Shown: positions 30,015-41,542, counted from the stretch's first letter. The stretch is 64,000 nt of DNA from an uncultured Gammaproteobacteria bacterium (GCA_963773065.1 CAVYZN010000009.1:1-64000), one strand, 5' to 3'. Program-made: numbers and translations. The notes: generated by a model from the sequence alone, not told the origin.

Positions 30015-30304
30015 TGAGCATGCATAATCCACCGCATCCCGGGGAATTCATTCGCGAGGTGTATTTGACGCCTTATGGCTTGAGTGTACGTGCGCTGGCC
30101 GAAAGCCTGGGTGTTTCGGCGTCCACCGTGACGCGCATTATCAACGGTTATAGCGGCATCAGTCCGGAAATGGCGCTGCGCCTGTCCAAGGCGCTCGGGC
30201 GTTCCGCGGAAAGCTGGCTTGCCATGCAGCACAATTACGACCTGTGGCAGGCAAAGCAAACCACGGATCTTTCGGGCGTTACCCAAATCGAGTTTGCCGC
30301 CTAA
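30014..30304 (+). CDS. higA: HigA antitoxin
   Basis: MHNPPHPGEFIRE...ISPEMALRLSKALG.SAESWL.MQ..YDL. Confidence 0.93.
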   Translation: MSMHNPPHPGEFIREVYLTPYGLSVRALAESLGVSASTVTRIINGYSGISPEMALRLSKALGRSAESWLAMQHNYDLWQAKQTTDLSGVTQIEFAA

Positions 30305-30503
30305 CAGACCGGGAGAAAAAACGGGATAGACTTGATTGGACAAGGGCTGGCAGCAGGCAAATATATTTATCCTGTGCATTTCAGAACTGCATCAGGGGCG
30401 TCTTCTAGCTACCCGGTTGTAACAGGCGATCCAGTTACAGGAGGATACCCGGCCGGCGTTGGATAAAGTGTTGAAGGCGGTGAACTGATCGAGGTTACGG
30501 AAA

Positions 30504-30809
30504 ATGGCTAAGTCAATCCTGAAAGCGATGTACAAAACGGCAAAGGGTCTGCACAAGGCGGGCACGCTGGATGCCATGACCATGCGTGAGTTCGACGCGC
30601 TGTGCCTGCCGCCGGTGAAGACCTATATGCCCGCACAGATCAGGCGCCTGCGTAAGCGCTACAAGGCCAGCTAAGCGGTGTTCGCGGTGTACCCGTACAC
30701 CAGTTCTTCGACGGTGCAGAAGTGGGAGCAGGGGCAGAAGAAACCGAACGGCCCTTCCTTGAAGCTGCTGAACCTAGCCGACGCACATGGCCTGGAGGCG
30801 CTGGCCTGA
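30504..30809 (+). pseudogene. HTH antitoxin (HigA-2/YiaG-like) with internal stop, preceded by a toxin 3' remnant
   Basis: TMREFDALCLPPV...YKAS*AVFA...VQKWEQGQKKPNGPSLKLL. Confidence 0.75.
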
Positions 30810-31256
30810 GTATTGCGCGACGCGCCTGGCTCAAAGTGTTACATCATCCGGCGGCGGCAGGTCTTCGTCCACATCCGGGAAGGATGTGTCCAGTGGCTCC
30901 AGGGTAGAGAGCGCGGCAAGTAGCCGGCCCACTGCCTTAGTTTTCAGCGAGGGACTGCTCAAGAAGATTCAGAACCACCGACCGTAGACGCCTGCGGACG
31001 ACATGTTCGCGGATTACATCCGTGACCCTCGACCTGAATTTGATAGTGGGCATGACAGGAGCATGGCCTCCGAATCCAGAGGCGTCAACCAATCTGCTGG
31101 CTGATCAGTACCGAAATCCACGGTAACTGACTTCGGGATTTTTACGGGACACGGTCCAGCGCGGTTATGCACTGTTATGCAATCAAGGCAACGGACGTCC
31201 CAATAAAACATTTGTAGAACAATACGATACAAGCCAACTCTGTCACTCGAGATGCC

Positions 31257-32159
31257 GTGCTTGCGTGCGTGCGTTCGTACCGCGAACGCATGGCGGATTA
31301 TAGCCGGATGCCGGTACTGGACGTGTGGTACGCGAACGTCGATATCGAAAAGCTGCTCCCGACGATTAAAGATGAACAAGCCCGCAAGCGTTTCCAGAAG
31401 CGACTGGCCGCTGCCCGTCAACGCCGGGTGCTCGAACACGATTTTCCAAAGCTCGCCGCCATGGCCGGCCAGACGCCGACCATCAAGGACAACCCGCCCC
31501 TGATCTACCACCCGCATGAAGAGGGTGTGGAAGATCTGCTCGCGCGCGCCCGGGCGGCCTATGCCGACTACCGGGAATCAATACAGGAAGACCGGCGTGT
31601 GCTCATCGACCGTTTTGAGATCAAGGACATCGCGATCAAGGTGGTCGGGGTCGGCAGCGTCGGTACCTTTTGTGCCGTGATTCTGATGATGGCGAGCGAG
31701 CAGGATCCGCTCTTTCTCCAAGTCAAAGAGGCGCGCGCATCGGTCCTTGAGACGTATGCCGGCAAAAGCATCTACGCCAATCATGGGGAGCGTGTCGTGA
31801 ACGGGTACCGACTCATGCAATCGGCGAGTGACATCTTCCTCGGCTGGACGAGAGGCAAACTCGGCCGGCATTTCTACATCCGCCAGCTCAAAGACATGAA
31901 GATCGCACCTCTCGTCGAATGGTTCAGCCCGGTCATGATGAACCAGTATGCCGAGATCTGCGGTTGGACGCTGGCGCGGGCTCACGCCCGCTCCGGTGAG
32001 CCCGCACGGATCAGCGGGTACCTCGGCAAGACCGACACTTTCGACAAAGCCATCGCACAGTTCTCAATGGCCTACGCGGATCAGAGCGAACGCGACTATG
32101 AGATCCTCAAGAAGGCGGCGCAGGACGGACAGGTGGAAGTTTTCATGGAACCGGAATAA
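31257..32159 (+). pseudogene. DUF2252 family protein, 5'-truncated
   Basis: KVVGVGSVGT, DPLFLQVKEA..SVL, MQSASDIFLGW, LARAHARSG; N-terminal part missing. Confidence 0.8.
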
Positions 32160-32187
32160 CAGGGACTGAAAATGATGATGATTCTAG

Positions 32188-32365
32188 GAGCCTGTCGGAT
32201 TTAACTGGCTTAGCCGGTCGAATATGGATGGGCTAACCGTAAGGGAACGGAGCGGCGATGTCGGGCAAATTCCAGACGATTGATCAAGACACCGGGTATT
32301 TGTTGCCGCCCTCGTTGCAGGATTGGCTGCCGGAGACGCACCTGGCGCGATTTGTCGTGGATACA
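32188..32365 (+). mobile_element. IS1182-family left end and transposase N-terminal fragment
   Basis: CTAG then GAGCCTGTCGGATTT; MSGKFQTIDQDTGYLLPPSLQDWLPETHLARFVVD. Confidence 0.75.
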
Positions 32366-32395
32366 CGTCGCCCAAGTGAGATGACCAGGACCACC

Positions 32396-32455
32396 ATGCC
32401 CGAGGTCATCCTGCATCAGTGGGAAGTTTCACCTTTCTGCGGCAAGGTGCGAACC
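32396..32455 (+). pseudogene. glutathione S-transferase N-terminal fragment
   Basis: MPEVILHQWEVSPFCGKVR. Confidence 0.5.
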
Positions 32456-32586
32456 CCTGGTTCCGCTTCTACAGGTGGGAGAAGCGGGATCTTCGAGCAC
32501 AACTGAGGATCAACTGATCCAAGCCTTCGTTGCCCAGGGGCGAGTGGGAAGGTGAGGCCGGAAAACCGGCCCGGAGGACCGGCACC

Positions 32587-32886
32587 ATCGACCGCTGCGC
32601 GCCATGGAGAGCGAAGCGAGGGCGCGTAGTCCCTGGTAGGCGTAGGCGCGGGCGTATGGCCGCAGTGGCGCGGGGCCGATAGGTCCCGGGCCGGCGGAGG
32701 GCATATGCAAGCGCATCCGACACGCCGTCAAGCCATTTGCGGGAGTGCTGCGTGAGCCAGCGCCTAGCTTGCGACGGTGTGGCGAAGCGGCACGGACGCA
32801 GGGCGGCCGGGGCACAATAGGCTGTCGTGACAAGCGAGGGCGAAACGGCGACTTGGACGTCCCGTTTCGCATCCTGAGCGTCGACA
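32587..32886. repeat. ~300-bp repeat, copy 2
   Basis: Aligns with 10415-10716. Confidence 0.85.
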
Positions 32887-32981
32887 CGTGGGACTATCTG
32901 GCGAATTTCGACACGCGGCTGGGATTAAACAGACTGGGCGCGGTTTGAGGCCGCCATGACTAGCTAGAGGTGATAGAGGAT

Positions 32982-34250
32982 ATGTCCAAAAAAATTGCAG
33001 GGGGGCTGACGGCGCTGATTCTGGCACTGTCTGGGATTCCGGCCGAGGCCGCTGGTCTGTGGCTCTACGAAATGGGCACGCCCGATGTGGGCACGGCGAG
33101 CGCCGGCATGGCCTCGCGCGCCGATGATGCCGCCACGGCCTTCGCCAACCCCGCGGGCATGACCCGGCTCGCGGAGTCGCAGCTCATGCTGGGGGTGCAG
33201 CCGATCTACGCAGATATCAAATTCGATACCCAGAGTTCCACCTTCGGCGGCGGGAACGGCGGCAATGCGGGCGGTCTCACACCCACGGGCAGCCTGTCCT
33301 ATGTGCACAGCGTGTCGAACGATCTCAAGCTCGGCTTCACGGCCGGTTCCTACCTGGGCCTGGGGGTCAAGTTCGATGATACCTGGGCCGGACGCTACTA
33401 TATCCAGCAGGAGGATTTTCTCACCGGCATCGCCAACGGCGCGCTCGGCTACCGGGTGAACGACTGGCTGTCGGTCGGCGGCGGCCTGTCGCTGGTCTAC
33501 GGCGAACTCGGCGCCCAGACGAACATCAACAACGTACTTGACGGGCAGCCGGATGGCCGCATGAAACTCGATGCCACCGACACGGACATCGGCTGGAATG
33601 CCGGTCTGCTGATCGAACCCCGTGCCGGCACGCGCCTGGGGCTCACCTACACCTCCAAGGTCGATCTCAAGTTCAAGGATCAGACCTCGTTCCATGGCCT
33701 CGGTCCCGGGCTGGATTTTGCCCTGACCCAATCCGGGCTGAAAGGTGCGGACACCACGTTCGACTTCACCCTCCCGAATCAGGTGATGCTGAGCGGCTAC
33801 CACGAACTGACCCCCGACCTTTCGCTCATGGCGGATCTGGGCTGGCAGAACTGGTCGCAATTCGGCCAGATCGGCTTGTCGATCGACTCGACGACTTCGA
33901 CCAGCACGACGGTGGACGCCCACTTCCAGGACACCTGGCACACCGCCCTCGGCGCGCGCTACCGGCTCAACCCGCTGTGGTCCGTGTCCACCGGGTTCGC
34001 CTACGACAGCTCGCCGGTCACCAATTCCAACCGCTCCATCGTCCTGCCGGTCGACCGCCAGTACCGCTACGCCCTGGGGCTGCAGTACGACTGGCGCAAG
34101 AACATCACCTTTGGCGCCGCCTACGAGTACATGGACGCGGGCAGCGCACCGGTCAACCAGACGGCTGGGCCCCTGAAGGGCGATATCCAGGGCCGGTTTA
34201 AAGACGATGCCTTCAATATCCTGGCGCTCAATGTGAACTGGAAGTTCTAG
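32982..34250 (+). CDS. FadL/OMPP1/TodX outer-membrane transport protein
   Basis: Signal peptide, GLWLYE.G...G.ASAG...DAA....NPAGM, terminal Phe. Confidence 0.92.
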   Translation: MSKKIAGGLTALILALSGIPAEAAGLWLYEMGTPDVGTASAGMASRADDAATAFANPAGMTRLAESQLMLGVQPIYADIKFDTQSSTFGGGNGGNAGGLTPTGSLSYVHSVSNDLKLGFTAGSYLGLGVKFDDTWAGRYYIQQEDFLTGIANGALGYRVNDWLSVGGGLSLVYGELGAQTNINNVLDGQPDGRMKLDATDTDIGWNAGLLIEPRAGTRLGLTYTSKVDLKFKDQTSFHGLGPGLDFALTQSGLKGADTTFDFTLPNQVMLSGYHELTPDLSLMADLGWQNWSQFGQIGLSIDSTTSTSTTVDAHFQDTWHTALGARYRLNPLWSVSTGFAYDSSPVTNSNRSIVLPVDRQYRYALGLQYDWRKNITFGAAYEYMDAGSAPVNQTAGPLKGDIQGRFKDDAFNILALNVNWKF

Positions 34251-34289
34251 CGCCATGGGGACACCAATCGATGACTGTAGCCTCAGGTA

Positions 34290-34408
34290 GGCTGTTTCCT
34301 CCGGGTAGGCAATGACGCTATCGAACCGCTTGAAAAGTCCGCGAGTAAGCTATTGATTCGTAATGAGCGCATCTGCGGTGCTTCCGGACTTCGGGTTTTT
34401 GAAGCTGG
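34290..34408. repeat. duplicate of island-end DNA at 35411-35530, with IHF consensus
   Basis: Shared CCGCTTGAAAAGTCCGCGAGTAAGCT.TTGATT..TAATGA; IHF site AATCAATAGCTTA on minus strand (34346-34358). Confidence 0.8.
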
Positions 34409-34410
34409 CT

Positions 34411-34626
34411 GGGGCCGAGAGGTCCCGAGCCAGCGGAGGGTATATGCAAGCGCATTCGAAACGCCGTCCAGCCATTTGCGGGAGTGCTGCGTAACTGGCG
34501 CCGAGCTTGCGATGGTGTGGCGAAGCGGCACGGACGCAGGGCGGCTGCGGCAGAATAGGCTGTCGTGACAGGCGGGGGCGAAACGGCAACTTGGATGACC
34601 CATTTCGCATCCTGAGCGTCACAACA
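34411..34626. repeat. ~300-bp repeat, copy 3 (5'-truncated)
   Basis: Aligns with the 3' 215 bp of copies 1 and 2. Confidence 0.85.
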
Positions 34627-34721
34627 CTCTTAATCTGCGAACAACGAGCTTGTTACAGCCGTCGTCGACCTATCGCTTTAGAACGCACCTCTGACAACAT
34701 GATTCCGAGGCACGGAGTGCG

Positions 34722-35075
34722 TTAACAGGTGACATGCAGAATCGCGTTGATGTCAGCGGGCTTAAATTTCTCCAGTAATTCGCATACCTCGACGGTTGGC
34801 ATCGCGATAACCTCTACCCCTTTTCTGCGCGCTTCTTCGTACACTTCGGGCATAACCGGGAGACTTCCATACGCGCCGGTTCCGACGAAAAGTTTCCGGC
34901 CGCGCCATGGGATATTTTCCTCTACCGATAGCGGGGTGTGGCCGAACTGGGTTCGATAAGTCTTTGACAATCGCTTTTTACGCTTTCGTACCTTGCCCCT
35001 TTCAATAACAACATCATAGTCGTAATGCTGGCCCTCAATATCGATCTTTCCGAAGGTGACTAGTCTCATCTTCAT
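34722..35075 (-). CDS. Mth938-like (DUF498) protein
   Basis: FGKIDIEG..Y..DVVI, VGTGAYG.L.V, AILHVTC. Confidence 0.85.
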   Translation of the reverse strand: MKMRLVTFGKIDIEGQHYDYDVVIERGKVRKRKKRLSKTYRTQFGHTPLSVEENIPWRGRKLFVGTGAYGSLPVMPEVYEEARRKGVEVIAMPTVEVCELLEKFKPADINAILHVTC

Positions 35076-35652
35076 GGTGTGCCCTCCGGTTCCTCGGTCT
35101 GAATACGGGAGAGGGTTTCTGCGTGTTTACAAGGCGCATGCCCGGCGTTTTGCAAGGTGCTTACGGGTTTGCTACCGATAATAAAAGCGTAGCACGGCGC
35201 GCGAGGGACATTGCTGATGTCGTCGCACTGCCTATACCGGAGCATCGAGTGTAGCCACTGTGAAGAGCCGTCGGAGGGTGGGTATAGGGTATCGATCCAC
35301 TTCGTCTGCGCCGCGGGGCTGTTTGACCTTCCGCACAGGGCATAACTAGGCGTATCGCGCACGCAGAAGCTGAAACGCTACTCGTTTCGGGCCAAAGGCA
35401 ACCGCTGGTTGGTTATTTCCTCCGAGTAGGCAATGACGCCATCCAACCGCTTGAAAAGTCCGCGAGTAAGCTGTTGATTTGTAATGACCGAAATTTTGGA
35501 TGCTTCCGGACTTCAGGATTTTGACGCTGGGCGAGGCCGAGAGAAGAAGGGCCCGGAGAGAGCGGAATGGGGCCTTGAGGGGACTTCCGGGCTGGGTCAC
35601 GAAGTCCGCAGGCTTCCGCAGGAACCCCCGCGAACACGCGGCAACTCCGCAA

Positions 35653-35683
35653 TAAAAAAGGCCAACCGAGAGTAGTTGGCCTT
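35653..35683 (-). terminator. intrinsic terminator after the ssrA fragment
   Basis: AAGGCCAAC-tactctcg-GTTGGCCTTTTTT on the minus strand. Confidence 0.8.
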
Positions 35684-35690
35684 GAGGTAT

Positions 35691-35755
35691 TGGTGGAGGG
35701 GTGCGGAATCGAACTGCCGTCCGCAAGTACTCCGTAGTCAGGAGTACATGCCTAA
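35691..35755 (-). pseudogene. decayed 3' end of tmRNA (ssrA att-site fragment)
   Basis: GCATGTA...ACTTGCGGACGGCAGTTCGATTCCGCACCCCTCCACCA; no 5' half or tag frame. Confidence 0.7.
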
Positions 35756-36190
35756 GTTTGACCGTTTGAACATTCCCTCGATCCGGCCAGCCGAGTAACT
35801 CTCAGCAAACTGCATAGACGAATCTAGGACGATGTCTCTCCCGAGAACGAATCTCGCCGCTCATAGGCCGGCGTGGCGGTACTTTCCTAATTTCGATGTT
35901 TGGAGTAGGGCGGGGTGATGCACATAACTGGGTCACTATCGAGACAAGACAACTGCTGCAGTGGTTTGATCGGAAACGGGGTTAATGACAGCCAAATAAT
36001 CCTGCGGGGATCAATTGTGCATCGTTATGCATTGTGGTGCACAGGTTACGACGGGCGCCACGGTAAGTATTGAATAAAAAGGCTGAAAAACTAACTTTCT
36101 GTCCTTTTTTATATCGCGCGTGGACCGGGCGCCTGGCGGTTGCCTGCCAGAAGTATCAGAGGTGCCACGAAATACTCTGACATGAATTGT

Positions 36191-37174
36191 TCACCCCAGC
36201 TTTCTCGCCAAATCCTCCGCCTTTAAATGCGTGTAACGGCGTAGCATCCGCAGATCCTTGTGGCCGGTGATAGTGGCGACCTCCATGATATTGAGACCCT
36301 TCTCGAACAGTCGGGTGGTGGCCTCGTGGCGCAGGTCATGGAACCGGAGGTCCTCGATGCCGGCCCGGCGCACCGCGCGGATGTAGGCGCGCTTGATAGC
36401 CTCGGTGGTGATGCCGGGGAAGACCTGGCCATGCAGGCTGCGGGGCAGGGCGCGTAACACCCGAATGGCGGTCGTTGACAGCGGTACCGTCCGTGCCTCG
36501 CCGTTCTTGGTGTCCGGCAAATGGGCAGTGCGGCGGCTCAGGTCGATGTGCTCCCAGTGCAGGCGGATGAGTTCCCCCTGGCGCATCGCGGTCTCCAGTG
36601 CCAGTTGCACGATGGGCAGCAGCCAGGGATTGCGCGCCTCCTGGCAGGCGGCCAGCAGTCGGGGTTCTTCACCTGCCTGCAGGCGTCGGTCCCGCGGTCT
36701 GCCGTTCGCCGGCAGTTTGATATCGCGTACCGGGTTGTGTACCTGGATGCCCCATTCCTTGCGGGCCACTTCGAACACATGGCCAAGCAGCACCAGATCC
36801 TTTTTGACGGAGGCTGAACTGACTTTCCGCAACCGTTCATCCCGAAACCGGGCGATATCCACACCGCGAATGCCGGCGACAAACCGCTGGGCGAGGGGAT
36901 GTCGCATGAAGGCCCGCAGACGGTTGGTCTCGGGTACTGCACCTTTCTTCAGTGGAGTGACTTCTGACAGGTAGCGTTCCAGCAGTTCCTTGAGTGGGGT
37001 GGATTCGGCCTCAGCGCGGGAGACGAACACGCCCTTGTCCATCTCGACTTCGATGAGGCGTGCCCACTGCTCGGCTTCGGCACGTGTCTCAAAGGTCTTG
37101 GTTTGCAGGGGTTGGCCCTTTTTCCGGACCTGTGCCTGCCATTGATAAGGGCCGCGTTTTCTGAAGGTTGCCAT
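36191..37174 (-). CDS. tyrosine integrase, Rci/HP1-like
   Basis: LALETAMRQGE, TKNG, FHDLRHEA, GHKDLRMLRRYTHL catalytic residues; next to the tRNA 3' end. Confidence 0.93.
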   Translation of the reverse strand: MATFRKRGPYQWQAQVRKKGQPLQTKTFETRAEAEQWARLIEVEMDKGVFVSRAEAESTPLKELLERYLSEVTPLKKGAVPETNRLRAFMRHPLAQRFVAGIRGVDIARFRDERLRKVSSASVKKDLVLLGHVFEVARKEWGIQVHNPVRDIKLPANGRPRDRRLQAGEEPRLLAACQEARNPWLLPIVQLALETAMRQGELIRLHWEHIDLSRRTAHLPDTKNGEARTVPLSTTAIRVLRALPRSLHGQVFPGITTEAIKRAYIRAVRRAGIEDLRFHDLRHEATTRLFEKGLNIMEVATITGHKDLRMLRRYTHLKAEDLARKLG

Positions 37175-37202
37175 CGCCACACTCCGCTCGTTCGCGAACG
37201 AG

Positions 37203-37274
37203 TGTGACAACGCTGTGACAAATAATCAGTTGGAAACCAATACAGGGAATGTCGTGGTTTTTAACTGATTGATT
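37203..37274. promoter_or_regulatory. att arm: TGTGACAA direct repeats and IHF site
   Basis: TGTGACAA at 37203 and 37214; AATCAATCAGTTA (minus, 37262-37274) matches WATCAANNNNTTR. Confidence 0.6.
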
Positions 37275-37278
37275 TAAA

Positions 37279-37355
37279 TGGTCGGGGTGAGAGGATTTGA
37301 ACCTCCGACCCCTGCCTCCCGAAGGCAGTGCTCTACCAGACTGAGCTACACCCCG
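37279..37355 (-). tRNA. tRNA-Pro(CGG)
   Basis: CGGGGTG acceptor stem, anticodon arm CTGCC-TTCGGGA-GGCAG, GGTTCAAATCC, encoded CCA. Confidence 0.96.
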
Positions 37356-37356
37356 A

Positions 37357-38358
37357 TTAATACGTGCGATTGACGGAAAATTCCGCGAGGTTGTACAGGG
37401 CCTCTTTGTAGGTGGATGCCGGTAACGCATCCAGTGCCGCAATGGCCTGGTCGGCTTCCCGTTGCGCGGCCTGTGCAGTGTACGGGATGCTTCCGGTTGA
37501 TTCAATGGCGGCGAGTACGGCTGATATGTTTTCATGGCCGCCGTTCTCGATGGCCTTGCGGATGAGTTGTGCCTCGCCCGGGGTACCCTTGCGCATGGCG
37601 CGAAGCAGGGGCAGGGTCGGCTTGCCCTCGGCCAGGTCGTCCCCGATGTTTTTGCCGGTATCCACGGGCGAGGCGCTGTAGTCCAGAACATCGTCGATCA
37701 ATTGGAAGGCGATGCCAAGGTGCAGTCCGTAGCTGGCCAGCGCGGTTTCAACCGCATCCGGCTGCCCGCCCAGGATCGCGCCGATCCGCGCGGCGGCCTC
37801 GAACAGCTTGGCCGTCTTGCGGCTTATCACATCCATATAGCGCGCCTCGGTAGTGTCCGCATCGTGGCAGTTCAGTAATTGCAGCACTTCCCCCTCGGCA
37901 ATGGTATTGGTCGTATGCGACATGATTTCCATGATGCGCATATTGTTGGCCTCGACCATCATCTCAAAGGCGCGTGAGTAGAGAAAATCACCGACCAGGA
38001 CACTGGCCTCGTTGCCCCAAACGGCATTGGCGGTCATGTTGCCGCGTCGCAATTGTGAGGCATCGACCACATCATCATGCAACAGGGTAGCGGTATGGAT
38101 GAACTCGATCACCGCGGCCAGGTTGATATGCTGGTCGCCCTGGTAGTGGCAGGCGCGTGCGGAAAGCAGTACCAGCAGGGGGCGCAGTCGCTTGCCGCCG
38201 CTGTTGATGATGTAATTTGAAAGCTGGTTGATCATGGCCACGTTGCTGTACAGGCGCGATCTGATCAAAATGTCCACCGTCGCCACGTCGTCGGATACGA
38301 GCGCACGTAGCGCATCCACGCTAACCATAACCTGCTGATTGGAGATAACTTCCTGCAT
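37357..38358 (-). CDS. ispB: octaprenyl diphosphate synthase
   Basis: GGKRLRP, LLHDDVVD, FQLIDDVLD, GKNIGDDLAEGKPT; divergent from rplU. Confidence 0.95.
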   Translation of the reverse strand: MQEVISNQQVMVSVDALRALVSDDVATVDILIRSRLYSNVAMINQLSNYIINSGGKRLRPLLVLLSARACHYQGDQHINLAAVIEFIHTATLLHDDVVDASQLRRGNMTANAVWGNEASVLVGDFLYSRAFEMMVEANNMRIMEIMSHTTNTIAEGEVLQLLNCHDADTTEARYMDVISRKTAKLFEAAARIGAILGGQPDAVETALASYGLHLGIAFQLIDDVLDYSASPVDTGKNIGDDLAEGKPTLPLLRAMRKGTPGEAQLIRKAIENGGHENISAVLAAIESTGSIPYTAQAAQREADQAIAALDALPASTYKEALYNLAEFSVNRTY

Positions 38359-38458
38359 TCGTGTGTCGATATGTCCGGATCCAGCCGGCGACTCGCCTGA
38401 TACCTGGCGGACTCGCTAGTCTAACGATCTTAAATGCCATGTACCAGAAGGTATTTGA

Positions 38459-38487
38459 TTGACCTTAAAGAGAGCAATCATTAAAAT
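38459..38487 (+). promoter_or_regulatory. rplU sigma70 promoter
   Basis: TTGACC-17 bp-TAAAAT. Confidence 0.7.
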
Positions 38488-38534
38488 GAGCGGCCTTTTT
38501 CAGGATTCTGTGTAGTGTACCTGGAGTGTCTGAC

Positions 38535-38843
38535 ATGTATGCGGTGATCAAAACCGGTGGTAAGCAGTACCGCGTCTCGCAAGGAGACACCTTGAGGATT
38601 GAGAAACTGGAAGCGGGTGAAGGTGAATCCGTCGAGTTCGAGCAGGTGCTGATGGTGGGCGAGGGTGACGATATCAAAATCGGCGCTCCTTACTTGGATG
38701 GCAGCCGTGTGGCCGCCAGGGTCAAAAGCCATGGCCGCGCCGACAAGGTTGAAATCATCAAGTTCAAACGCCGCAAGCATCACATGAAGCGGATGGGACA
38801 TCGTCAGAGCTACACCGAAGTGGAGATCACCGGCATCTCGTGA
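38535..38843 (+). CDS. rplU: 50S ribosomal protein L21
   Basis: [14 protein letters not shown]...GHRQ. Confidence 0.98.
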   Translation: MYAVIKTGGKQYRVSQGDTLRIEKLEAGEGESVEFEQVLMVGEGDDIKIGAPYLDGSRVAARVKSHGRADKVEIIKFKRRKHHMKRMGHRQSYTEVEITGIS

Positions 38844-38870
38844 TGGACCGCGCGTTTAGAGGATTATTCG

Positions 38871-39128
38871 ATGGCACATAAAAAGGCAGGCGGCAGTACC
38901 CGTAACGGCCGCGATTCCGCGTCGAAGCGGCTCGGCGTCAAATGTTTCGGTGGTGAGTCGGTGATTGCCGGCAACATCATTATTCGTCAGCGGGGCACAC
39001 GTTTTCACGCCGGCAGTAACGTCGGTTGCGGCAGAGACCATACCCTGTTCGCCAAGAGCGACGGTACGGTGCGGTTTGTCCAGCGCGGCACCAAAAATCG
39101 CAAGTTCGTCGAAGTGGTTGCCGGCTGA
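38871..39128 (+). CDS. rpmA: 50S ribosomal protein L27
   Basis: [16 protein letters not shown]. Confidence 0.98.
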   Translation: MAHKKAGGSTRNGRDSASKRLGVKCFGGESVIAGNIIIRQRGTRFHAGSNVGCGRDHTLFAKSDGTVRFVQRGTKNRKFVEVVAG

Positions 39129-39152
39129 ACCCGACCTCTGGCGTGATTGATC

Positions 39153-39177
39153 AACCCCGCCACCGCGCGGGGTTTTT
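39153..39177 (+). terminator. intrinsic terminator
   Basis: AACCCCGC-caccgc-GCGGGGTTTTT. Confidence 0.75.
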
Positions 39178-39229
39178 CATTTTGAATAGGCAGCGTGGTC
39201 ATTCATAAATTCACCTAACCGGGTAATAA

Positions 39230-40342
<1,113 letters not shown>

Positions 40343-40414
40343 AGTAACCTTTGAAACTCTCGCTACACGGCGGGTCTCCACCGGCGCGGGAAAGGGAGCG
40401 GACTTCTGGCAAAG

Positions 40415-41542
40415 ATGTCGAAACAATTGAATACCCGCGATTGCAAGCGCTGGGTCATCAAGATCGGCAGCGCCCTGCTGACGGAAAATGGCCGTGGCTT
40501 GGCGGTGGGTGCGATCGACGGCTGGGTTGAACAGATGGTCGCCCTGCGCAAGGAAGGGCGTGAATTGCTGCTGGTCTCATCCGGTGCGGTGGCCGAGGGC
40601 ATGACGCGGCTGGGATGGACCCGGCGCCCGCACGCCCTGCACGAATTGCAGGCGGCGGCGGCCGTCGGCCAGATGGGCCTGATCCAGGCCTATGAATCGC
40701 GTTTCCAGCGATACGCCTTGCATACCGCGCAGGTGCTGCTCACCCATGATGACCTCGCCGATCGCCAGCGTTACCTGAATGCGCGCAGTACCTTGCGCAC
40801 CTTGCTCAGGCTAGGGGTGGTGCCGGTAGTGAATGAAAACGACACGGTGGCAACCGAGGAGATCCGCTTCGGCGACAATGACACGCTGGCGGCGCTGGTG
40901 GCCAACCTGGTGGAGGCCGATCTGCTGGTGCTGCTGACCGACCAGGTCGGGATGTATGACGGAGACCCGCGCAGGAACGCACAGGCTACGCTGGTCACCG
41001 AGGCGCGCGCCGGCGACGCGGCGCTGGAAGCCATGGCGGGGGATTCCGGCGGGGTGCTGGGAAGGGGCGGCATGTTGACCAAGGTGCGGGCGGCGGCGCG
41101 GGCGGCGCGTTCCGGAACGTTGACGGTGATCGCCTCGGGCAAGGAGGAAAATATCCTGCAGCGCCTCGCCACGGGCGAGGCGCTCGGCACCCGGCTGTTC
41201 CCGGCCAGTGTGCCGCTCGCCGCACGCAAACAATGGCTCGCCGGGCGGCTGCAGGTTCGCGGGTATCTGACGCTTGATGAAGGCGCCATCAGCGTTCTGC
41301 GGGCGGCGGGCAGGAGCCTGCTGCCGGTCGGTGTTACCCGGGTGGAAGGTGATTTCGAGCGCGGGGACCTGGTGGTGTGCTACGCGCCTGGGGGTGCGGA
41401 AGCGGCGCGCGGCCTGGTGAATTACAGCGCCGAGGAATCACGCCGGATCATCGGGCATCCCAGCCACCGGATCGAGGAAATCCTGGGTTATGTCGATGAA
41501 CCGGAACTGATTCACCGCGACAACCTGGTCCTGATGGGTTAG
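40415..41542 (+). CDS. proB: glutamate 5-kinase
   Basis: VIKIGS, VSSGAV, NENDTV, FGDNDTL, GGMLTK, PUA domain. Confidence 0.97.
   Translation: MSKQLNTRDCKRWVIKIGSALLTENGRGLAVGAIDGWVEQMVALRKEGRELLLVSSGAVAEGMTRLGWTRRPHALHELQAAAAVGQMGLIQAYESRFQRYALHTAQVLLTHDDLADRQRYLNARSTLRTLLRLGVVPVVNENDTVATEEIRFGDNDTLAALVANLVEADLLVLLTDQVGMYDGDPRRNAQATLVTEARAGDAALEAMAGDSGGVLGRGGMLTKVRAAARAARSGTLTVIASGKEENILQRLATGEALGTRLFPASVPLAARKQWLAGRLQVRGYLTLDEGAISVLRAAGRSLLPVGVTRVEGDFERGDLVVCYAPGGAEAARGLVNYSAEESRRIIGHPSHRIEEILGYVDEPELIHRDNLVLMG

Noticed and set aside
34676-34730. Integron attC site after the Mth938-like gene
   Set aside because: The AACGCAC/GTGCGTT hairpin lacks proper RYYYAAC and GTTRRRY boxes, and no IntI is present
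35691-36070. Full-length or two-piece tmRNA
   Set aside because: No GGGG 5' acceptor strand or tag-peptide frame; T-stem damaged; only a 3' fragment is present
36191-37174. Shufflon (Rci-like recombinase with pilin genes in the window)
   Set aside because: No sfx-type inverted repeats or alternative pilin C-termini nearby; tRNA adjacency fits an island integrase
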